Assembly (NCBI RefSeq): GCF_001194135.2 | Contig: NC_068982.1 | Coordinates: forward strand, 1,663,377 to 1,727,376 | Length of the DNA stretch: 64,000 bases | Source of the DNA: Octopus bimaculoides | Lineage: Eukaryota | Reading direction: 5' to 3' | Part shown: positions 37,240 through 51,089 of the stretch, piece by piece | How positions within the stretch are numbered: the first letter of the stretch is position 1 | Layout: the number at the start of each line of letters is the position of its first letter | Program-made: the position numbers and the translations under genes | Notes under the pieces: generated by a model | What the model saw: the letters and a program-made list of their open reading frames with translations, nothing else | Told to the model about the DNA's origin: nothing | The model's database searches: none

Positions 37240-37965
37240 AATGTGAGAATTTCGAAGCATGCTGAGTCATCTTTCCTCTTTGTTCTCTTCTATTTTCTTA
37301 AAGGCGGATTTCATTGTGATTTGCAAGAAATTGTTTTTCCTATTATTGGTTATTTGATGCCGAGTCTTCACTCTCTGTGATTTTCCTTTTATCCCACTCT
37401 TTGTATTTTTGATAATCATTTGAGAATGTGAATCTGTTGTCATTATTTCTTCATCGTTGCACAATAAACGTCGTACTACAAATCAGGACCTTTTTGTGGG
37501 CGTGGTATTTTCTCATTCACATCTGATTCTGTGGTTAATGATAATCCATTCGCCATCCCCACAGATTACGCTAAACATGCTCCGGAATTTAGGGTTTGTT
37601 GCTGGTTTCAGTGTTGTTGATGATTTTAATTTTTCTTTGTTTTATTCTCTTCTTTTTTCCTTGATCTTGACACTTTTTCTGAACATCATGCTCTCGGCAT
37701 ATTTTACTCCACCGAAGCAGAAAGGCTTTCATACCGTGTATTATTGATCTTCTGCCTTTGTTTCATCGCTAGTTCTACTAATCATAGTATCGGTACGTAT
37801 TTATTTCGATTTGGGGGTATTATTAGCACTTGTAAAGCCACCGTGACTGCCCCTGGCCACATGACACCTTTCGTCCGCGAGAGAAACATGCATCTACAAA
37901 AGCAAGGTATCAGGTAAGCTGAACAATAAGCTGAACGACAGAAACCTTGAAGAGACAGAGACAAC
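37240..37965 (-). mobile_element. R4/Dong-clade LINE remnant (region N-terminal to RT)
   Basis: KFRSMFSVICGDGEWI (cf. KFW..IW....EW) and LIIPPNRNKYVPI (cf. P.NYRPI); very decayed. Confidence 0.35.
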
Positions 37966-38399
37966 GCTCAGAGGGGCTACCTAATGGAAAAACATTTTCA
38001 TCACAACACTGAAAATAGAGACAAACCTGAAATCTGTGGAGATTTACCTTTCTTCCTCCATCTTACAAAACATGAAGACATCGATAATATTGCAGGGAAG
38101 AAATGAAATGTTTGATGACAAGCAAATTATTTGCAAAAGATTCTAATGGGAACTACAAAGGACCATATGGCTCTTAGGATTAAATAAAGGATACCGTACA
38201 AGAGAAATAAAGGAAAGAGAATGGCAAAGAATCACAGCCAATAAATTGGCACAAACACACTTAACCAGCATGGTCAAATAGACTGAGATATATTGCCGTG
38301 GTAGAACAATCGAGTGTCGTTTATAAACCATAAAGAATTAGAGTTGATGCATTAGGTTTCTATAGAATAATTATGAGATTCAGATTAAAACACTATGTC

Positions 38400-38720
38400 A
38401 AAACAAATTTGATACAGAAACTTACATAAAAGAATTAGGCTCATCACAGAATTACACAAATACTTGGGAATCAATAAAGTAGACAGAGAATAACAATTCC
38501 AAATAGAAGAAGAGCTTCAGAAGGAATGCTATAAATGCATCAGATTAATACTTAAAACAGAGTTAATTGCATTCTAATTAGTGTTCAGTGCCCCCAGTAA
38601 TAATTCAAGTTATGATATTCGCAGCTACAATCCAACTGAATTACTGAGACTGCGTAAAGTCAAGAGAAGTAATAAAAGCAACATCTGACAAAGAACGAGT
38701 ATATTTACCAAACGTAAGAC
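38400..38720 (+). mobile_element. R4/Dong-clade LINE RT C-terminal remnant
   Basis: KYLGINKVDRE...LQKECYKCIRLILKTEL (cf. YKYLGI...RKEYYRR.R.IL.TELN). Confidence 0.65.
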
Positions 38721-38849
38721 GAAATTACCCGGATACAACTAGAAAACTGCTTAAAATATCAATACAAATTATTACATGATACGAACAATACAAAATTCTA
38801 TTGTATCTTCAAAGAAACCAGCAAATACCAGAGACTACAGTGTGACAGG

Positions 38850-39466
38850 TTCGTTGCCGAAGCTTGGTTTTGCGGTACCAGAATAGTGCTCTCGGTCTCT
38901 TTTTTTAGGGTTCCTTTCATCAGCCAATCCCACTTATTTTCCTGCAACTTCTGTTGTGGCTACACGGAATTGATTGTGTTGTCCCTTCTTGCGTAATTCT
39001 TCTTCATGTCCTNNNNNNNNNNAGCTCTCGATTATTATTATTGTTATTGAGTGAGAGAGCAGTGTATGCCATCAAAGCAACACTGGGGTAAAATATACGA
39101 AACCCAGTATACCCATCATGACTATCCGTCTGATAAGGGTACACCAGGCACGTGCATCACAACCGTATGTGCGAGACATGGCGATCTCATATCAAGATAA
39201 ACAGCGCATGTCCTTGCAGGTGGNNNNNNNNNNTAGTGCTCTCGGTCTCTTTTTTTAGGGTTCCTTTCATCAGCCAATCCCACTTATTTTCCTGCAACTT
39301 CTGTTGTGGCTACACGGAATTGATTGTGTTGTCCCTTCTTGCGTAATTCTTCTTCATGTCCTTTTTGTACTTCTTCCTTTGTTTTCCATTTTTTTCTGTT
39401 CTCAATAATCCCTCGTTCGTATCAATCACCAGCAAGTTTTCCTTACTTTAGGCTAGGTATCTCATT
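38850..39466 (-). mobile_element. R4/Dong-clade LINE remnant, partly duplicated by assembly
   Basis: Minus strand KWDWLMKGTLKKETESTILVPQNQA (cf. W.WL.KG.LKKETE..I.AAQ.QA). Confidence 0.75.
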
Positions 39467-39948
39467 AAGCTCTCGATTATTATTATTGTTATTGAGTGAG
39501 AGAGCAGTGTATGCCATCAAAGCAACACTGGGGTAAAATATACGAAACCCAGTATACCCATCATGACTATCCGTCTGATAAGGGTACACCAGGCACGTGC
39601 ATCACAACCGTATGTGCGAGACATGGCGATCTCATATCAAGATAAACAGCGCATGTCCTTGCAGGTGGAGCCCAGTTAGAATTTGATTTCAAATCGAGTA
39701 GACCATCCCGCTCCAAAGGTCCCTGAATAAGGTGTGTTTAAGGATGATGACCAAAACACGCATGCTTCCAAAAGTGAATTATTCAAACCCCAAAGAATTC
39801 CAGTTAACACATGGCTATGATGCTCCCCCCATTACTTCTGCTCATGATCAGAGATGCACATATCGTCAGCCACCAAGGGATATGCTCAACTGTTTAACGC
39901 CAAGCAACTAACAAGTAAATCTGTAGTATTGAGTAGAATATTTGCTGT
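39467..39948 (-). mobile_element. Probable SINE family D (~480 nt), (AAT)-tailed
   Basis: GC-richer non-coding block ending in AATAACAATAATAATAATC on the minus strand and bounded by (CAT)n at 39949-40003. Resembles a cephalopod interspersed repeat as I recall it; only one independent copy here. Confidence 0.5.
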
Positions 39949-40003
<55 letters not shown>

Positions 40004-40004
<1 letters not shown>

Positions 40005-41005
40005 TTTTTCAACCTCTTTACTCACAACATTCATGTCATTTGATATGGCTACATCAATGATCTGACAGTATTTGTCTCTCTTATTCAATATGACAATATC
40101 CGGCNNNNNNNNNNNNNNNNNNNNNNNNNNNNNNNNNNNNNNNNNNNNNNNNNNNNNNNNNNNNNNNNNNNNNNNNNNNNNNNNNNNNNNNNNNNNNNNN
40201 NNNNNNNNNNNNNNNNNNNNNNNNNNNNNNNNNNNNNNNNNNNNNNNNNNNNNNNNNNNNNNNNNNNNNNNNNNNNNNNNNNNNNNNNNNNNNNNNNNNN
40301 NNNNNNNNNNNNNNNNNNNNNNNNNNNNNNNNNNNNNNNNNNNNNNNNNNNNNNNNNNNNNNNNNNNNNNNNNNNNNNNNNNNNNNNNNNNNNNNNNNNN
40401 NNNNNNNNNNNNNNNNNNNNNNNNNNNNNNNNNNNNNNNNNNNNNNNNNNNNNNNNNNNNNNNNNNNNNNNNNNNNNNNNNNNNNNNNNNNNNNNNNNNN
40501 NNNNNNNNNNNNNNNNNNNNNNNNNNNNNNNNNNNNNNNNNNNNTCACGTCCTGTGTATTCCTTTCAAACTGTTCATGCATTCTCATTTCAAGAAGATCT
40601 TCTATTCTCTTCTCCTCAGCTCTTTGGTTAAACTCTTCCTTGCCGATCATTTCATCTGCATTTACATCCATATCTTTCGCGACATATTGCAGCAGGTCTT
40701 CATCACTATTTATCAAATACTCGACAAGCGTTCTCCTTTCACTCCTTATACAATGGTCTATACTAATTAGTCCTCTGCCACCATTCTTTCTTTTCATATA
40801 CGGTCTGTTTACGTTTGCTTTAGGGTGTAGCGCCTCATGCAGTGTCATCAACTTTCTCATCTTTCTATCCAGTGTTGTTGATATTTCCTCTTTAGTCCAT
40901 CTGTGGATGGACGCACTATATCTGACCACCGCAACTGCCCAGATATTCATTGCGGTAATCAAATTTGTGGCATTCAGGTTGGATTTCAACACCTTCTTCA
41001 CCCTT
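40004..41005 (-). mobile_element. R4/Dong-clade LINE fragment (RT thumb to RLE) spanning gap 40105-40544
   Basis: ORF 40081-41001: KKVLKSNLNATNLITAMNIWAVAVVRYSA...WTKEE...LDRKMRKLMTLHEALHPKANVNRPYMKRKNGGRGLISI. Past the gap, PDIVILNKRDKYCQIIDVAISND..KEVEK (PD..D RLE motif). Best-preserved LINE piece in the window. Confidence 0.92.
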
Positions 41006-41011
41006 TTTTGA

Positions 41012-41063
<52 letters not shown>

Positions 41064-41065
41064 GT
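41012..41065. repeat. (TTA)n at the 5' junction of the R4/Dong fragment
   Basis: Direct reading. Confidence 0.95.
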
Positions 41066-42319
41066 CATCATTATTATATTTCGTGAGAGCCATATTAATA
41101 TAGGTTACGAACAATTTTTTACTGCTTGTAGCTCATCTACATTTCTTTTTTCTCCTAAGATCGGTCGCTGTTTGGTGAATTTGAATTTTATTCTTACTTA
41201 AGGATACTTCCAATGAACCCAAGAAAGAATTAGACTAAACGATGTAAACTCCAAGAGCCTACGACCAAACACAAAAGATCGTAATGGATACGGTGGCTAC
41301 TCGCATATAAACTACGCTGAAGAGCCACATATCAACTGAATTTAATCGATTATATAAACATGAGAAGTGTGTAACTATTAGTATTTGCATTAATTTGGAC
41401 AGTTCTCAACTCTATAATCTATGGCGAATTTATACAACTCAAGCTGCACCTTATAGATAATTCTCTGTCCGTCTTAACATACACTCATTATATCACGGAT
41501 ATAAACATTATCCACAAGGAAATAAGATGACGATACATGTTATAGGTGCTAGTATGAACGCAACACCAAAGAACAATATATTTAGATTTACTAGTGAATT
41601 ATATAATAAAGACAAGAGTGCGTCAACTTATCATGGCACGTTAGGATAAATCTCTCAAAATATACCTAATGTAGAATACCATTCCTCTTGTACCGTATTC
41701 TCACTCTGAGAATACAACAATCCCATTGTGAGAGCTACAAGCCCAGAAGATGTCAACCAGTAAATTGAGAAACATACAATGGAAATTATACTGCACATAG
41801 CACTATATTATGGCAGCATCGATTTCCGATAGAAACACCCCAGAAAAGACTACAAGTTCTAGAAATGGAACTTTAACTAGAAATAACAAATGGCCAGAAA
41901 CAGTTGAGCAATGAGAGAAACTGCAGCGTGTGCAAAAGTAACCTACAGATAAACTGCAAAACTATTAGTGTTCCATTGGAGATATATTGAAAAGCATTGT
42001 AGGGACACCAACAAAGACTATACAAGAGAAGTGATTCGCAATTTCAATGAAAGAATAGAAGAACACTGCTTCGTATTTTATAGGAAGAAACTAACATCCA
42101 TACTCGATAAACGTATTATAGGAAAAGAATGGTTTGTAAAAAAATTACGTAACATCAAATCAGATTGTTGACGCTGTATAAATACAAAGGAAAACACTCC
42201 ACATACATTCACAACCGAATTATACTAAAACTTTAAATCCTTCAAGAGTTAAAGCCTTACTATTATTAGAATCAGCTGGATTCCTTACTAGAGGCTGTAT
42301 GAATATATGGCAAAACAAA

Positions 42320-43240
42320 ATTTAAATGACATTCGGAATCGAGAAATGTAGTATGGTGAAGATGAAACTGGGTAAATCCAACAGAAGCACAGGAATAGAC
42401 GTAGTTAATGCTGAGAGTACAAAATCGATAAAAGTCAAACAAATATATACATGTCTGGAACAGGAAAAGGGTAAATTCATGGAAGAGAGAGAGAAGCTTT
42501 CATTAAGTAATATTTCGAGATCCTCAAAAATAGGAAGCTTTGAGTAAGAGGAAATCAATTTTTGAAAAGGAAGGAACTTCGTTCATTTGTCCCCCCACCC
42601 AATAAAACCCCAAATGAGATGAAGCATATAAAGGAGAGGTGGCTCTGATTAAAGAAATAAGGATTGATCAAAGGAACTGAGGGGAGATAACTTTAGAAGC
42701 AGAGACAGCTGAGGGTAAATCGAATCAAAAGCATGAAATATCATTCGGGTAAATAGTAAAACTATTTATCCGTATGTAGAATATAATGGGATTCGGATGG
42801 AATTGCAGCTCAGATTTTATCGGAATATCCAATCAGTTCAAAATGAATACGAAATGTGAAGGAATGTGAAGATTTCTGGCTTAATTCGTTGGAGCGTTTA
42901 TAAGAATTTTGGTTTTGCTTGTAAAGAAAAGAGCTCTAACTCTTTTGTGACTGTAGAAATGGATGCCCAGGAAAACAATGAACGAGATTTTGTTTACAAA
43001 CCGACCGAAGAAGAGAACAGAATAACCCGGATTTCGTAGTCATTGATGAGAAGGTCTGTCTTATAAGTGACATGCTAAGTTCATACATAGCAAAAACGAA
43101 GGAAATAGAAAGTAGAATATTATACAAACTCCATATACGAAATCCTCGAATGTTGCAAGAAAGAAGTTAACAGGTTCAGCATGCTATAAAATACCATTGG
43201 GACCTTAGTAACTGTGGCAAATGATTTGGGAGAAAATGAT
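42320..43240 (+). mobile_element. R4/Dong-clade LINE remnants (RT end and RLE)
   Basis: MTFGIEKCSMVKMKLGKSNRSTGIDV (cf. M.FG.DKC......GK...S.GI.L) and QTDRRREQNNPDFVVIDEKVCLISD (cf. QTD..I.HN.PDIVV.DK...C.IID). Confidence 0.7.
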
Positions 43241-43929
43241 GCAAAATTTGATTTGAATTAGGAGCGTTTTAAATTCATACAGCTTGTTTACTGTGGTCAC
43301 GTAGAAGCATTCGGAATATCCTGTATTAAATTAGACATATACAGAGTGCATTTAGATTCAAGCAATGAAGTAAAAAACAGAAAAGATCCCACTGAATCAG
43401 TAATAAGTTGTAGATATAATATTCCTTTTAGAGGCTTAATGGATTAACAAGGATTAACAGAAGACAAGAAAAATAATCTAAATATTAAGAATATACCGTA
43501 AAATAGCTGCCACAGAATGTTTATATTAATATTGAATAGGGAACTTTAAGGACATTATGCAAATCTATCCACGGACTACAAACATTTCTAACGAAAGTAA
43601 TGTAAAACAGTTAGCTCTCAAAAGCCGGCTGAAATTACAGGAAAAACAAAGATGTGCAACAAAAATTGCTATTAGAGCACGGTTATGCCATTATGAAGCG
43701 ATGTTGAAAGTAGCCTCTGTATGGCCATTTACTCAAAAGAACTGAATACTTTGAGAGGAAAAGAAAATTCGCAACACTTGCTGAAGTACTGATGCCAAAG
43801 TACTTATAAATGTGGCTCGAGATGAAGGCCTTCCTAATAAGAAGCGCAATAAAGCAGAACAGTAGCTGTTTCTGTGGAGATTGAGGACGAAATAATTTGA
43901 TCAATTTCACTTTTCTGCCAAATCTTATT

Positions 43930-44145
43930 CTGTTATTCTTTTACTTGTTTCGGTCACTTGACTGCAGCCATTCTGGGGCACAGCCTTGAAGGGTTTTGGT
44001 CAAGCAAATCAGCCTGAGGATTTATTTCTTTGAAACCCTGATACTTATTGTATCGCTCGCTCTTGTCGAAACGCTAGGTTACGGAGACCAACACCGGCTG
44101 TCAAGCAGTAATGAGAGAACAAGGACACACACACACACAGACATA
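43930..44145 (-). mobile_element. 3' part of SINE family B
   Basis: TTCTTTTTACTTGTTTCGGTCACTTGACTGCAGCCATTCTGGGGCAC...CAACACCGGCTGTCAAGC, ending at (AC)n. Confidence 0.75.
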
Positions 44146-45857
44146 GCTAACAAAAAATATATCGACAGGAATGACAAAGGAGGAGGTTTTTGTTAACATC
44201 AGTAATTTTCCAGTCATGGCGCTGTAATTTGTTAATGTCCTTTTTACGGTTAATTACTATACGTTGATCATTGCGTCAAATCTCGTTTAACTACTTATCT
44301 AATCCACTCGCTATAAGGTTGGTTCACGAGAAAAATACCTTCAGTTTCCTATCTACACAACATAGCGAGTCCATCTTAAAATAACAAATATGTAAACTCT
44401 ATACCAAACTAATTTGCATTGTAGACACATTATGCTTTCCTTAAGCCCGATGTGAATAGCTGTTTTAGCATGTCCGTATTGATATATCAGAGAAATACAG
44501 TCGGTGCCGGTCTCGTAGTTGTATTAGTCTGAGCAGGTCTGTGAGGCTTTTACGTCTTCTCTTTCTTACCACCGAGACCTACACAATCTCGGAGGGCATC
44601 CAAAATTTAACAAATTTAGATACCAAACAATTACAAACATACGCAAGCCAACGGTTAAGTAGGATAAAGTCAACCCATGGCTTTGAAAGTCTTCCAGTTA
44701 ATTGACTTTCATATAAACCGGTTGCTTCAAAATTGCCTGCGTACATTTTAAGCTTTAATCTTTCCTTGAACCACACCACATGCTGTCGATCATGCTTACC
44801 CACCTGTTGATGTTGATCGTATGAGGTTTGAGGGTCATAGATTTATATAAAGTCGTGTGATACACTTTATCTTTCCTTCATTCAGCGTAGTATTTCATTC
44901 GTTCCCATTTATTCATTGCACTCCTAGGGAAGAATTTTTGTCTCTAGATCGTTAACTGCTTCTCTTGTTCTCTAACCTAAATTACCTCCCCGAAAAATGC
45001 TGGTGGTTATTGAGTCTATGTGAACCGCTGGACATATGCTGGAAGTGTTACGTCTTTCTCTTGTTGGCGTTGACCATGATGCTGTTGAAACAGTGGATTA
45101 GGCGATTCTCTTTGATTTCACTCTGCCTACAGTAACACATATAACCAATTGGGTTTTGAAATCTGCGGATTATCAAGCATGTTCATCACAACTGAGGCCA
45201 ACTTTTGTTATCCTTCCTGACCCATTTTGCCTTTTCTCTCTTTTAGAAGCAACTTTCTCATTAGTACGTAGCTTTCTACACTTAACCAACAGCATTGTCT
45301 TTTTCATTCTGCGCTCCACAATGAGCCATAATGATCTGATCATCTTACAACCTATGCACATATTCATCAAGCAATTTCCTAAGATGGCATGATGCTCTAG
45401 TTTCCTGTATTCTATTTCAATAATGTTTTCAAAAATATTCATCTATTGTTTCCTTTGCTCAAACGTTTTAATTCGCGATTGTTCCTATCTATACTTCCTC
45501 ATAAAATACTGAGAGACATCTGCCACAATTATAGTGAACATGACTTTTTGCCTTATATGTACGTATTTTGAACAACATATACTCAATACTTGCCGATATG
45601 GTAACCATTCGAGGCAGTTAACTCAGGTGACAATGTTGATCCTTACATGAAAATCCCTCGGTTTCAAAACTCTCGTTTTATTCCAGTGGTAATCCGCTTA
45701 AATTTATTTTTCTAAGATCATTTTTTAATGTACAGCTATAATAATGATAGTAATAATTCCAACATGATATTGCGTCTGATCTATGTTTGACCATCAGATT
45801 TGATAAAAATAATAAGCTTCAAATCTCATATATACCTTTTATCTTTTCATTGTTTCA

Positions 45858-46200
45858 GGAATGCTATTGGTCCTGATCTATCTTCTAAATTGGATTCACT
45901 CTCTCATCGTCGTCGTGTGGTTTCCTTGTCCATTTTCTATAAGTATTTTCATGGATATTGTGCAGCTGAGCTCACTTTTCTGGTTCCTCCTTTAAGGACT
46001 TATCAGCGATCGACTTTGGCTTGCATTCAGTTCTTATCAGTATACTGTGTAAGCCCTTAAGTGTCGTAAAGGACTTTACAAAAGCAGTTTCTTCCCTCGC
46101 ATCTCTCAAATTTGGAATTCCTTTCCACAGTCTTATTTTTCCTCTTCAATATGGCCTCCAGTCTTTAAGTCTAATGTACATCGTCACCTATTGACTGTAT
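45858..46200 (+). mobile_element. Jockey/CR1-superclade LINE 3' end
   Basis: AIGPDLSSKLDSLSHRRRVVSLSIFYKYFHGYCAAEL...LYKSSFFPR...WNS, the typical LSHRR.V.SL..FY.Y..G.C..EL and SFFPR...WN motifs. Confidence 0.75.
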
Positions 46201-46224
46201 AGCGTCCATTTTATTCTAGTAGCT

Positions 46225-46359
46225 CTTACATTTCCAGTGGCCTAACGACCTTGTAACGAGAGAATGCTTTAAAAAAAGTAAACTGAAGCTGTGGTGGGGG
46301 ACAAACACAGGCACAAAGACAGACACATGCACACACACATACACATGCACATGTATACA

Positions 46360-46395
<36 letters not shown>

Positions 46396-46785
46396 TAAGA
46401 TNNNNNNNNNNNNNNNNNNNNNATATATATATATATATATATATATACGTTCATACGTATATATGTATATATACATGCATATATGGGTACAGGACGTCAA
46501 AAAGACATGAACAAAATGAGAAATGAGAACGTAAAAACAAAAGCATGGAAAACGAACGTTTTTTCGAGCAACGAAAGAAAAATAGAGAAACGAGACAATG
46601 TATATATATGACGGGCTCCCTTCAGTTTCCCTCTACCACATGCACTCACAAGGCTTCTGTTGACTCTAGACTATAGACGAAGACGCCTGCCAAATGTGCC
46701 ACGCACAGCAGGAGTCTATAGACCGAAGCGGGAACCTTGTGGTTGGGATGCAAATATCTCTTCTTTCTTTACAGTCACTCTTGCC
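46225..46785 (-). mobile_element. SINE family B interrupted by microsatellite, gap and an unrelated ~110-nt repeat (46487-46600)
   Basis: Tail GTGGTGGGGGACAAACACAGGCACAAAGACA. Head ACGGGCTCCCTTCAGTTTCC.TCTACCA..TGCACTCACAAGGC. The insert is the reverse complement of the repeat at 51321-51430 and 52045-52180. Confidence 0.75.
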
Positions 46786-46797
46786 CCCCACCATATA

Positions 46798-46830
<33 letters not shown>

Positions 46831-47034
46831 ATATATATATATATGTACAGTAACAACCAGAATATAAGCTTCAGTAAGTACAAGTGTATTGAAATATTTA
46901 TTATAGAAGATTAAGAACACGTTGAGACTAGATATTTAACACATTTAGATATATCTAATGTCTATCGTTCGTGAAAAGTTCAAGTCAACGTAATAAATAT
47001 TTCGTAATGTATGAGGAAATGAACCAATAACCTC

Positions 47035-48450
47035 CCAAACTGGAACGGCCAAAATTAAAGGGTCACTTAGAAAACAATGAAAATGGAACAAGAACAAAAA
47101 AGAAACCCTTACTATTAATATTTTGTGAATATCTCTTTACTNNNNNNNNNNNNNNNNNNNNNNNNNNNNNNNNNNNNNNNNNNNNNNNNNNNNNNNNNNN
47201 NNNNNNNNNNNNNNNNNNNNNNNNNNNNNNNNNNNNNNNNNNNNNNNNNNNNNNNNNNNNNNNNNNNNNNNNNNNNNNNNNNNNNNNNNNNNNNNNNNNN
47301 NNNNNNNNNNNNNNNNNNNNNNNNNNNNNNNNNNNNNNNNNNNNNNNNNNNNNNNNNNNNNNNNNNNNNNNNNNNNNNNNNNNNNNNNNNNNNNNNNNNN
47401 NNNNNNNNNAGGACTGAATTGATTTCTTGGAAAATGATGGAGTAATATTGTTCCATTCGTTTTTCAATAATCACCAGAGATGATCTTGGTTCTTTGGATG
47501 TCTCCTTCGTGCTCCATCTCCAATAATATTCCAAACGTTTTCTATAGGGTTCAGATTGAGATTTTGAGGTGACCAATCTATGAGATCAACCCCTTCATCA
47601 CTCAAAAAGTCTTTGACTCTCTTCGCAGTGTGACAGGGAGCGTTGCCCTTGCACGCTCACAGGAAGTTGAACTGACAAGGATCGGAGATGTGAAAGGGCA
47701 TGCTGTCTAAGAATTTGCTTGTATATTTCAGCCTTGACAGTCCCTTGTAGTGGACCAGGACCAGCGGCAGAGATCAATCCCCATACCATTACACTGCCTC
47801 CTCCATATTTCACTGTCTTCTTCACACATTCACGAGATAACCTTCCGCCACTTCATACATCCCGTCATCAGAACCCATCACATTAACCTTCGATTCATCG
47901 CTAAACTGAACCTGCGACCACTGTTCTTTTATCCAAACGACATGTTCGTGAGCGAAACGAAGACGGGCTCTTTGATTCTTCTTGGAGTTCAGAGGAAACT
48001 GTTTTGTGCGATACGTTGACATCGGAAGTGGAGTTAAGCTCGCAGGATATCTCAGCAGCACTCTTAAACCTATCCTTCAGTGACATTCTAACCATAAAAC
48101 GATCCTGTCTTCGGGACGTTTTACGAGGTCTACCAGTTTAGAGTTTAGCTTCTGTTGATCCTGATGACTTAAAACGAGCTACAATTCGTTGCACGGCACT
48201 TCTAGACCTTCCTACCATACTTGCTATCACAGAATTTGACTTGCCCTCTTGTTGTAGACACACAATACTTTGTTTTTCTTCATAGGACACCGGTCGTCTC
48301 TCACAAGCAGCCATGTTGTCAGTTGAATGTTCCAATAATGTACGATCATAAGGAGTGACTGTTAACCCATTAACAGTCTTTTAAAATACAAATGCCTCGC
48401 TTAGTAGTTCATTTTTTTCTAAGTGACACCTTTTGGCCGTTGCAATTTGG
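47035..48450 (-). mobile_element. Tc1/mariner (Tc1-type) DNA transposon with disrupted transposase; both TIRs present
   Basis: HTH region (GRSRSAVQRIVARF...GRPRKTSRRQDR...DRFKSAAEI), WSQVQFSDESK, TVKYGGGSVMVWG, frameshifted Q(D)NAPCHTAKRVKDFL and WSPQNLNLNPIENVW. TIRs CCAAACTGGAACGGCCAAAA...GGTCACTTAGAAAA (47035-47075) versus the reverse complement of 48412-48450. Stops, frameshifts and gap 47142-47409. Confidence 0.92.
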
Positions 48451-49272
48451 ATGATTGTTTGTTTATTTCCTCATAACTCACGAAATATAGATAATTGGAA
48501 AGACAGATATTAAATATATCTGAATATATGTAAAATATCTTGTCTCAGCGTGTTGTTAATCTTCTATAATAATTATTTCAATACACTTGTTCTTACTGAG
48601 CTTTATATTATGGTCACTACTATATATATATATATATATATATATACGCGCAGATATATATATATATATATACACTGATAGAAAGAGAAAAAAGAAAGAG
48701 AGAGAAACTAAAAGTAAGAGACAGAGAGATAGACTGAAAGTAAGTGAGAGAGAGAGAGAGAGAGAGATTTATAATTAGCCAATAAATTGTAGCAAATAAA
48801 ATATTATCGCAGTATGATGTTTTCTTTTGCACCTGAATTATATGACTTATTGCATTTCAATTGAACTGACCTAAAATCCATACATAAGTGCCATTGATGC
48901 TTGTCATGTTACTATTTAGATATCAGAGAAGTAATCTATTCGTAATCACCTATAATTATCACAGACTGTTTACACTCTTCATTTTTTATTCCTCTCTACA
49001 TATCTGGTTGTGGAATATATCAGTTAGAATACCTATCAGACTATTGGCAAAATATAGGCTGGAAGGAGTGGGAAAACGACAGAATTAAAAGCATAAAAAC
49101 AACGATGCAAAGGACGTGGGCGTTCTTGTAACATGCAAAAAGCGGACATTGCGACGTTCTTTATTTATACCTCCTCTGTTTGTTTTTTTTCATGAGACAA
49201 GATACTCTTAATTACGTTTTATAAGTTTACCTGCTGCATAGCAGTCTTCCTTTCTCTGTCTCTCTCTCTGTT

Positions 49273-49314
<42 letters not shown>

Positions 49315-49943
49315 CCTCTCTAAAACAGACCTAATAGGAGGGCCGGCATTTTTAGTCTTTCATTTCAAAGTTTTAAAAGAATAACCTCCTTCGCTTATGA
49401 AGGACGCTGATTCATTTTTCTGAATGAATCAACAAAAATTTATATATACATACATACATACATACATACAAACAGATAGATAGACAGACAGACCAATTTT
49501 TTTTTAAGGACAAGGAGCAAACGTCATGCACTGTTGTAGAGGTACCTGCACAACAGATGTGAATGAACAAACAAAAGTACCGGAAAAGAGAACATTTATA
49601 GTGAATTAAAGCGGAACTTACAGCTCTTGTACCTCGGCTAGAAATTTTCAATTTTACCAGTCATTATGTGTGCATTAAACTATGTAAATTTGTAGGCTAA
49701 GTACCGAAACATTTACGCAAAAACCTAAAAATACTAGGCTTTTCGAAGGGAAATCAAGATATACAGACGTGGAACTTCCAAATCCATTTACTAGGGACAC
49801 AATGAAGGTTTGTAAGATGCTGCAAAAATTCTCCATCTGAGATTCCTATGTAGATAAATACACACACTGGAGTGTGTGCATGGACAGCTCAACCGACACA
49901 CCAACCCAGCCATTTATTTACAAACACCTGGAAGTCTTTTGAC

Positions 49944-50123
49944 TCAAAAGATCTTGTCGCTTTGTAAGTAACCGGCTTGAATTCTTTCAAGAAATTGAAT
50001 TAAACTCAAAGAAAAACCATTTCCACATAAATACATACATGCACATATACATACATGCACATATACATACATGCATGCAAGCATGCATACATACTGACAT
50101 GCATACATACACACATACATAGA

Positions 50124-50155
<32 letters not shown>

Positions 50156-50271
50156 CATACAGATTCTGTACTTACATCATGGTATGTTAACTGAGATTGT
50201 AGGCAAGTGCATAGGTAAAGGAATTGAAATAAAGACATGATGTTGTAAGCTACAAAGATAGGAGAAAGTAG

Positions 50272-50325
<54 letters not shown>

Positions 50326-50370
50326 GGAAAGAGTAAAAAAGGAAAAGAGAGAAAGAGGGAGAGAGAGAAA
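49944..50370. repeat. (CATA)n-rich and (AG)n repeats
   Basis: Direct reading (approximately 50030-50160 and 50275-50370). Confidence 0.85.
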
Positions 50371-51089
50371 TTGGATTAAACCATTAAACGGTATGTAGAG
50401 GTAATGGAAGACAGAACAATGACCTCCACTACATCCTAACATTCAATTATAAAAGACATATACAGAATATTTTTATGAATTTCGAAAGAGCAATCAACAG
50501 TTTCACATAAGATTATACAAAGATGGACATACTCGTAAATGTATAGGCTCTAGAGTTGGCATAAAATATATACAAAACTCACACACGTACAAACACAGCT
50601 GTATACTCATGAGCCATAGTAACGGGGAGAATCTTCATATAGAAAGTGCAGCCAAACTGCATTCGATCTCATTTATGTAGATTGAATAATGTGGAATATA
50701 TGTTGGTAGAAGTTCAGCCATATTAGTGATAAGATCATCACGAACTTTGTGATACTCAAAACATTGAGAAAGGAGGGGGACATTTATCAATTTCTGGCGT
50801 GGGTACAGTTGGAGATTTAGTTTGAATTTGGATAGGTTCGGTATGACACATCAATCTCCTTGATTTTCTTTCAGCCTACACGATTTCTCTGGTAAAGAAT
50901 CTCGAGTTAGGTTTTCTCTTTCCTCTTAACCACGAAATAATTCATTTCACTTTAAAAATTTTAATAATTATAATAATTTATTAGCTTTTATTACTACAGA
51001 CAACGGAAATTAGAGAAAAGAGTTGTGTGGTTCGCTACTTCTCCCTACTCCACGCAATGAATGGTAAACTTTAGGTAATCTACAGTAGC

